Of a stretch of DNA of 64,000 nucleotides, positions 58,542-64,000 are shown one piece after another. Numbering within the stretch: the stretch's first letter is position 1; each line of letters opens with the position of its first letter. The notes beneath the pieces were generated by a model. That model saw only the letters and a list, made by a program, of their open reading frames with translations, made no database searches and was not told the origin of the DNA. A program made the translations under genes and the position numbers. The DNA comes from Akkermansiaceae bacterium (lineage in GTDB: Bacteria > Verrucomicrobiota > Verrucomicrobiia > Verrucomicrobiales > Akkermansiaceae), in assembly GCA_039768255.1 (NCBI GenBank), contig JBDNAW010000019.1, positions 3,213 to 67,212 of the forward strand. Direction: 5' to 3'.

Positions 58542-59590
58542 AAGGCGTCACGATAAATAGCCTCAAAGTCATCTACATCCAAGCGGCGAGGATTAAATTG
58601 TGCCGTCCATTGAGCTACGGCCTCTCTCGCAATCTCGGGGATGGCTTTATGAGGAATGGCAGGTGTTTCCAACTCTGCCAACTCACGAAGCTGCTCGACC
58701 CATGAGATGAGATCCGGTTTGAGATCTTCATAAATCCCGCCAACTTCTTGAGAGTTCCAGCTCATCACGGTGGGAAGCATCGTAAGGACGGCATGGCCAT
58801 GGATGATTCCGTAGCGCGCCGTCAGCGGATTCGCAGAAGCATGAGCGGCTCCTAGCATGGAAGCCTCGATTGCTTGACCCGCGAGGGCAGCGCCATGAAG
58901 CATCTCACCACGTTCTTCTGCAGTAGCACTTCCTTGAAGAACCGCCTCGATGACGGGCTCGATCTTTCGAAACGCGGCAAAAGAAAGCGCACGAGAATGA
59001 CTTGTGCTTTTTGTGCAAACGGCACTTTCCAACGCATGAGAAAGGGCATCAAGCGCAGTGATGCGAGCCACCTTCAACGGCATAGAGGCGGTGAGTTCAG
59101 GATCAAGAATCACCGTCTTCGCAAGTGCGCGAGGATCACCGCAGGCCATTTTTTCGTGAGATTGATCACGACTCAAAACGGCGTAGCTTTGGCACTCGCT
59201 TCCCGTGCCCGCCGTTGTAGGAATGGCGATGAAAGGAAGCATTTGAGCCGCTGAGTCTAATCGATCATGACCTTGGTAATCGGACATTTTTCCACCTCCA
59301 CTGAGTAGGAAAAGCGTCCCCTTCGCAGTGTCTAGTGAACTTCCGCCACCGAGACCAATCATGATATCAGGATTCTGCTCTCGGGCAAATTCCGCACAAG
59401 CCGCCACATCGGATTCTGTCGGATTCTCACGAACTTGATCATAAATCGTCACATCCTTCAGCGTCGCTGCGGCCCGTTCAACGTGCCCCGCCGCGAGTAC
59501 GCCGAGATCGGTGACAATCAAAGCACGGCCCTGCACGTGCTCAACAAGCTGTGCAAGAGAACCAGAACCAGTAATAATGTGTTGCTCCAT
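58538..59590 (-). CDS. Iron-containing (group III) alcohol dehydrogenase
   Basis: GLGGGSSLDTAKG, PTTAGTGSE, DALSHALE and the HG.A/HA His cluster. ATG 59590 (MEQHII) preferred; the ORF extends to 59605. Stop overlaps the downstream start (ATGA). Confidence 0.85.
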   Translation of the reverse strand: MEQHIITGSGSLAQLVEHVQGRALIVTDLGVLAAGHVERAAATLKDVTIYDQVRENPTESDVAACAEFAREQNPDIMIGLGGGSSLDTAKGTLFLLSGGGKMSDYQGHDRLDSAAQMLPFIAIPTTAGTGSECQSYAVLSRDQSHEKMACGDPRALAKTVILDPELTASMPLKVARITALDALSHALESAVCTKSTSHSRALSFAAFRKIEPVIEAVLQGSATAEERGEMLHGAALAGQAIEASMLGAAHASANPLTARYGIIHGHAVLTMLPTVMSWNSQEVGGIYEDLKPDLISWVEQLRELAELETPAIPHKAIPEIAREAVAQWTAQFNPRRLDVDDFEAIYRDAL

Positions 59591-59658
59591 GAAGAATCTT
59601 CCCATGGATAACTAGCTTCACGAGCGTTTCCTTTCAGGAATGCGATCAAATTACGTGT

Positions 59659-61017
59659 TTACTCAGCCGCTTTTTCCTCAAGGAATTTTCCAACCCAGGC
59701 GATATCATAAGTCCCATTGATGAAATCGGGATGGTCGATGATTTCCTGCTGGAATGGGATGGTCGTCTTAATGCCGGTGATGCGGAATTCAGAGAGCGCA
59801 CGCTTCATACGGGCTATCGCGACCTCACGGCTAGACGCAGTGACGATGAGCTTCGCAATCATCGAGTCATAATACGGCGGGACGGTGTAGCCTGAATAAA
59901 CGTGGGTATCGACGCGAACGCCTTTCCCACCTGGGGCATACCAAAGATCAATGGTCCCGGGACTTGGTGTGAAATTGTTGTAAGGATCCTCGGCGTTGAT
60001 CCGGCACTCGATCGAGTGACCACGCGGAGAAGCCTCAAGAACGTGCTCAGACATCGGCATCCCAGAAGCGATTCGGATTTGCTCTTTGATGAGCTCACAG
60101 CCCATCACTTCTTCCGTCACGGGATGTTCCACCTGAATTCGGGTGTTCATCTCCATGAAGTAAAAATCTGTCGCATTCTCATCGACGAGATACTCAATCG
60201 TTCCCGCATTTTGGTAATCGATCGCAGAGATAAGACTGACTGAAGCCTCGCCCATCCGTTTACGAAGCTCCTCAGAAATGAGGGGGCTCGGGCATTCCTC
60301 AATGATTTTTTGGTTACGGCGCTGCATGGAGCAATCACGCTCACCAAGGTTGATGTAATTCCCGTGGCTATCACCGAGGACTTGAAACTCAATGTGGTGG
60401 GGATTCAGGACGAATTTCTCAATGTAGCAGTCACCATTTCCGAAGCAGGCAATCGCTTCCTGAGAGGCCGCGTTGTATTGCGATTCGAATTCCTCCTCGT
60501 TCAGAGCGGGGCGCATTCCACGGCCCCCACCGCCGGCGGTGGCCTTGATCATAACGGGGTAGCCAACTTCTGCTGCGACCTTCTTTCCTTCTTCCACTCC
60601 AGAAAGAATACCATCTGAACCAGGTGTCGCAGGAACGCCATTTGCTGCAGCAGTGGCACGAGCGGTATTCTTATCACCCATCGTCCGGATCACTTCTGCC
60701 GATGGCCCGATGAATTTGATATTGCAGCTCTCACAAATTTCAGCGAAGCGCGCATTTTCAGAAAGAAAACCGTAGCCAGGATGAATGGCATCCGCCTCGG
60801 TGATTTCTGCTGCGGCAATAATACGGTCCGGCTTCAAATAGCTCTCAGAGCTAGGACCTGAGCCAATACAGACAGCCTCATCGGCTAGCTGCACGTGCAT
60901 GGAATCGATATCGGCTTCTGAGTAAACAGCAACGGATTTGACTCCGAGTTCACGACAAGCACGGATGATGCGGAGGGCAATTTCCCCTCGGTTAGCGACG
61001 AGAACACGCTCGAACAT
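59659..61017 (-). CDS. accC: Acetyl-CoA carboxylase, biotin carboxylase subunit
   Basis: MFERVLVANRGEIALRIIRACRELG, ATP-grasp GGGGRGMR, EMNTRIQVEHPVTE. Confidence 0.97.
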   Translation of the reverse strand: MFERVLVANRGEIALRIIRACRELGVKSVAVYSEADIDSMHVQLADEAVCIGSGPSSESYLKPDRIIAAAEITEADAIHPGYGFLSENARFAEICESCNIKFIGPSAEVIRTMGDKNTARATAAANGVPATPGSDGILSGVEEGKKVAAEVGYPVMIKATAGGGGRGMRPALNEEEFESQYNAASQEAIACFGNGDCYIEKFVLNPHHIEFQVLGDSHGNYINLGERDCSMQRRNQKIIEECPSPLISEELRKRMGEASVSLISAIDYQNAGTIEYLVDENATDFYFMEMNTRIQVEHPVTEEVMGCELIKEQIRIASGMPMSEHVLEASPRGHSIECRINAEDPYNNFTPSPGTIDLWYAPGGKGVRVDTHVYSGYTVPPYYDSMIAKLIVTASSREVAIARMKRALSEFRITGIKTTIPFQQEIIDHPDFINGTYDIAWVGKFLEEKAAE

Positions 61018-61072
61018 AATTTTTTGTGACCGGTTAGTAGTTCCTGGTGATGGAAAAAAGCGGAGCGCTTTT

Positions 61073-61531
61073 CTACTTCAAGCGGAAAAGCGTATCTCCG
61101 AATTGAACCGGAGAGCCGTCTTCGACGCAAATTTCAGAGATCGTGCCAGATTTCTCAGCCTTAATCTCATTCATGACTTTCATCGCCTCGATGATGCAGA
61201 TGGTCTGCCCTTCCGAGACAGGGTCGCCTACATTGACAAAGAGATCAGCATCTGGAGACGGCTTTCGGTAGAAGGTCCCCACCATCGGAGAATCGATGGT
61301 CTCGCCAGCAGGTGCAGCGGGGGCGGAATCAGCTGAAGCAGCGGCAGGTGCCGGAGCAGCAGGTGCTACCGGAGCAGCAGCTACAGGAGCCGCAGCCATC
61401 GCGCGCTGGAGGTCTTCCAGGTCACTTCCTTTTTTAAGCTTAAGATTAAAATCTTCCTTTTCGAACTGGAAGAGAGAGAGCCCATGATCATCCATGAGCT
61501 TAACAATTTTACGAATTTCAGAGAGGTCCAC
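61073..61531 (-). CDS. accB: Acetyl-CoA carboxylase, biotin carboxyl carrier protein
   Basis: Ala/Pro linker and biotinyl-Lys motif [14 protein letters not shown] start. Confidence 0.9.
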   Translation of the reverse strand: MDLSEIRKIVKLMDDHGLSLFQFEKEDFNLKLKKGSDLEDLQRAMAAAPVAAAPVAPAAPAPAAASADSAPAAPAGETIDSPMVGTFYRKPSPDADLFVNVGDPVSEGQTICIIEAMKVMNEIKAEKSGTISEICVEDGSPVQFGDTLFRLK

Positions 61532-61673
61532 GAGTGAGATCGGGGTTAAAGAGACGCCTTAGCGCTGAGCGATCTTAGAATGGAATTGAGTCACGGGCAA
61601 GAGAGTAGTGAAGGATCATTAAGGATGTTATTTCATCATTCCCCTCCTTTCAGCTAAGCTCTAAAAAAGATGG

Positions 61674-62393
61674 ATGCTGAAATATCTCGTCCCTCTCGCC
61701 CTGATTTCTCTCTCCGCACTCCCTTCAAATGCCGAAACTGGTAAGCAAATCGAGACTTCCCTCAAAGTCGGCGCCGAGGATTCAATCCCCTACCTACAGT
61801 ATCTCCCCAAGGCTTTTAACGCCGAAGGAAATCAAAAATATCCGCTCATTCTCTTCCTCCACGGTCGCGGCGAGAGTAATGGCCCACTTTCGGTCGTCAA
61901 AAAATGGGGTCCTCCAAAAATCGCCGATGAAAAAGGACTTCCTTACATTCTTATTTCCCCACAATGCCCTAAAGAAAGCTGGTGGCACCACAATGACCAA
62001 CAGGAACTCCTTATGGCACTGCTCGCTCATGTGAAGAAGCAATTTCCTGTCGATGAAAAGCGCATTTACCTCACCGGACTGAGTATGGGCGGTTTCGGAT
62101 CTTGGGAACTTGCATCTCGGATGCCGCATGAATTCGCCGCCGTGGTCCCAATCTGTGGTGGTGGAAACCCCAAGAATGCCGACAAGCTTATCGATCTCCC
62201 GATCTGGAACTGGCATGGCGATGCCGACAACGTCGTCCCACTCTCCAAATCACTCGAAATGATTGAGGCCGTGAAAAAAGCAGGAGGGACAAAGATCAAA
62301 TCCACCGTCCTCAAGGGTGTCGACCACAATTCCTGGTCACCGGCTTATCACGATGCTAAATTGTGGGAATGGCTGAAAAACCAAAAAAAGTAG
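61674..62393 (+). CDS. Secreted alpha/beta-hydrolase (carboxylesterase/phospholipase-type)
   Basis: Signal peptide, LFLHGRGE, nucleophile elbow GLSMGG, WHGDADNVVP, DHNSW. Confidence 0.8.
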   Translation: MLKYLVPLALISLSALPSNAETGKQIETSLKVGAEDSIPYLQYLPKAFNAEGNQKYPLILFLHGRGESNGPLSVVKKWGPPKIADEKGLPYILISPQCPKESWWHHNDQQELLMALLAHVKKQFPVDEKRIYLTGLSMGGFGSWELASRMPHEFAAVVPICGGGNPKNADKLIDLPIWNWHGDADNVVPLSKSLEMIEAVKKAGGTKIKSTVLKGVDHNSWSPAYHDAKLWEWLKNQKK

Positions 62394-62971
62394 GCTCACC
62401 TTGGAAGACTTTCTTTAAGGTCATCTTTTGGATGATTGGCTTAGGTCTGGCTGCAGTCATTGGCCTGATCGTCTTCATGGTGACCACAATGGAATCTTAC
62501 GGTAAAACGATGCCCTTCAAAGAAGCACATCAACGTGCCGTTCGAACTTTCGTGGACAGCAAGGGCTTTGGAATCGCACGCATCCGTCAGAAAGGATACT
62601 GGCTCCACGGAAAAATCATTTTCGAAAACGTTAAATACGACACTTTTCATCGTCGAGAATCCGGCCCTTTCCTGATTGGCCTTTCTCCAGAATATGGCAC
62701 CCGATATTTCGACACCCGCTACCCTCCTTCTAAGAAAAAAATCACTTCATCAGAGTATCGCTCTCTCACAGAAGACGAACATGCGGCCATCGCCAAACTC
62801 CGGGCAGGTAAAGCTTACGCTAAAATCACAAGTCCAGAACATCGTCGTATTCGTGTCCTAGCGCCTCTCTTAGCATCAGAAAATTGCCTAGCCTGCCACG
62901 AGGTTCAAGAAGGAGAACTTCTAGGTGCCTTTGCCTACGATTTCTTCTTTCCTGAAGAAGATAAACGGTAG
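62369..62971 (+). CDS. Membrane-anchored CxxCH protein (DUF3365/Tll0287-like c-type haem domain)
   Basis: Lys-rich N-terminus plus a TM (FKVIFWMIGLGLAAVIGLIVFMV). C-terminal CLACH followed by GELLGAFAY, as in DUF3365. Start uncertain (GTG 62363, ATG 62369 or ATG 62432); overlaps the upstream gene. Confidence 0.5.
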   Translation: MAEKPKKVGSPWKTFFKVIFWMIGLGLAAVIGLIVFMVTTMESYGKTMPFKEAHQRAVRTFVDSKGFGIARIRQKGYWLHGKIIFENVKYDTFHRRESGPFLIGLSPEYGTRYFDTRYPPSKKKITSSEYRSLTEDEHAAIAKLRAGKAYAKITSPEHRRIRVLAPLLASENCLACHEVQEGELLGAFAYDFFFPEEDKR

Positions 62972-63023
62972 TCCATAACATACCCAGCGCTTCTTCGCAT
63001 CAAGCTATCTTAAGAAACGCCTC

Positions 63024-63419
63024 TTATACTTTCTCTAAAAACCGCTGCACGCGGAGGGCATATCCAAAACAAAAAAACACGCCCGTGATCATGCCGGGAA
63101 GCATTGTAGCCAATAGCTCAGGAGTCCCTGCGAGAAAATGCGCCATCGTAATGAGCGTGTAAAACAGCAACCAGCTGAACGCCCCAGTCCAAAAAACCGC
63201 CCATCGTTTTCCAGCCATCCGTTTCCCAAGCCAAACGATCAACTCAGCAGAAAACAAGGTAGACACAAAGCTCACCACTCCCTGAGTCAAGGCCACCTGA
63301 ATTCGAGAGCCAAAGCCATACTCCCAATTCACCCAGAGCCCCCAAATGATGAAGAAAACCATCGCCAGCAAGCTCATCCAGAGTGAATCTGTTGGACGTG
63401 CCATTTGCCTTTCGGACAT
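63024..63419 (-). CDS. Small integral membrane protein, unknown function
   Basis: Four predicted TM helices, 131 aa. Confidence 0.55.
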   Translation of the reverse strand: MSERQMARPTDSLWMSLLAMVFFIIWGLWVNWEYGFGSRIQVALTQGVVSFVSTLFSAELIVWLGKRMAGKRWAVFWTGAFSWLLFYTLITMAHFLAGTPELLATMLPGMITGVFFCFGYALRVQRFLEKV

Positions 63420-63513
63420 AATTCTCTATGGCACTATCGCGTCATGATTCCAACCAGCAACTCCACCAGCCGCTTCTGAGAAGAGGTATCTATGCGCTAT
63501 CTCCGCCCTGTCA

Positions 63514-64000
63514 TCACCTGCGCATGACAAAAAGCCCACTCCCTTTCTCGGGATCATCACTCTGGAGAGGCTTCCCCGTAATTTCACGCTTTCTCATATG
63601 CTCACGCTGATAGAGCGATGAAACCGTTCTGACAAAATCTTGCCTTCCAACCACCACTCCGGTCGAAAAACTTGAGATTCGTTTTTTAAGCATGAGCCCT
63701 TTGGAAAGCTCACCTTTCTCTCTTGTCTTCACCCGATACACATTTTCTGAATCAAAGCCTTTGCGCTTTATCTTTCGTGAAGACTCTTCAGTTCGCTCGT
63801 CTTCCACGACTTTTCCATCCTGATAAAGCCAGCATCGATAAGCAGGCTGAGCTTTTTGTTCAAACGCATCCTGAGCCACTCCTACAACCTTACAAATCCC
63901 ACGCTTCGCTCTTCGACTTCCGCCAACTGCTTCACCATAGCCACTCCATTCATAAAGTGCTGGATCAATCGTAATTCCAGCCCGCACCGGATTGAGATCA
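63514..64000 (-). CDS. Y1 transposase-family (IS200/IS605-like, RayT-like) protein, C-terminal part (5' end outside window)
   Basis: Frame stays open to the window end and reads ..DLNPVRAGITIDP.., the conserved (H)LNPVRAG motif at the end of the Y1 domain, followed by a basic non-conserved tail. Confidence 0.55.
   Translation of the reverse strand, partial: DLNPVRAGITIDPALYEWSGYGEAVGGSRRAKRGICKVVGVAQDAFEQKAQPAYRCWLYQDGKVVEDERTEESSRKIKRKGFDSENVYRVKTREKGELSKGLMLKKRISSFSTGVVVGRQDFVRTVSSLYQREHMRKREITGKPLQSDDPEKGSGLFVMRR

Overview
Densely coding 64-kb chromosomal window with about 58 protein genes and one tRNA-Gly. I saw no rRNA, CRISPR array or intact prophage/IS. Gene content points to a PVC-type Gram-negative, most likely Verrucomicrobiota. 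This is inferred from the LpxC-FabZ fusion, several Tat-signal xylose-isomerase-like TIM-barrel proteins, ThuA-like and Gfo/Idh/MocA genes, PQQ-like propellers, and secreted proteins carrying a DxDxDG..N..E C-terminal module. Housekeeping genes recognised from motifs: lpdA, fur, yggS, S41 C-terminal protease, Nif3, lpxC-fabZ, pdxA-family, leuS, htrA, recQ, accB/accC. Candidates for a second look, all hypotheses from sequence reading only: (1) A 24.8-33.9 kb locus combines a secreted protein of four tandem CBM4_9-like modules, a secreted SGNH esterase with the same C-terminal module, and a divergent LacI-controlled DapA-like/TIM-barrel/Gfo-Idh-MocA operon; both upstream regions share a GTTGCAT/ATGCAAC inverted-repeat motif. 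(2) A translationally coupled DUF1611 / fold-III PLP racemase / unknown / 2OG-Fe(II) oxygenase operon. (3) A polysaccharide-export module (secreted unknown, beta-barrel, Wzc-like, short Wza-like) next to tRNA-Gly, with no synthesis genes in the window. (4) Three paralogous membrane-anchored helical-repeat proteins, two in tandem beside an htrA/ompA-like operon. (5) A dnaX-type A_AAA_AAG heptamer exactly at the overlap of an esterase gene and a CxxCH membrane protein gene. Mobile-element traces are limited to an orphan IS3-OrfA-like HTH gene and a partial Y1 (IS200/RayT-like) transposase at the right edge. No database search or numerical computation was possible; all family assignments rest on motifs visible in the translations.
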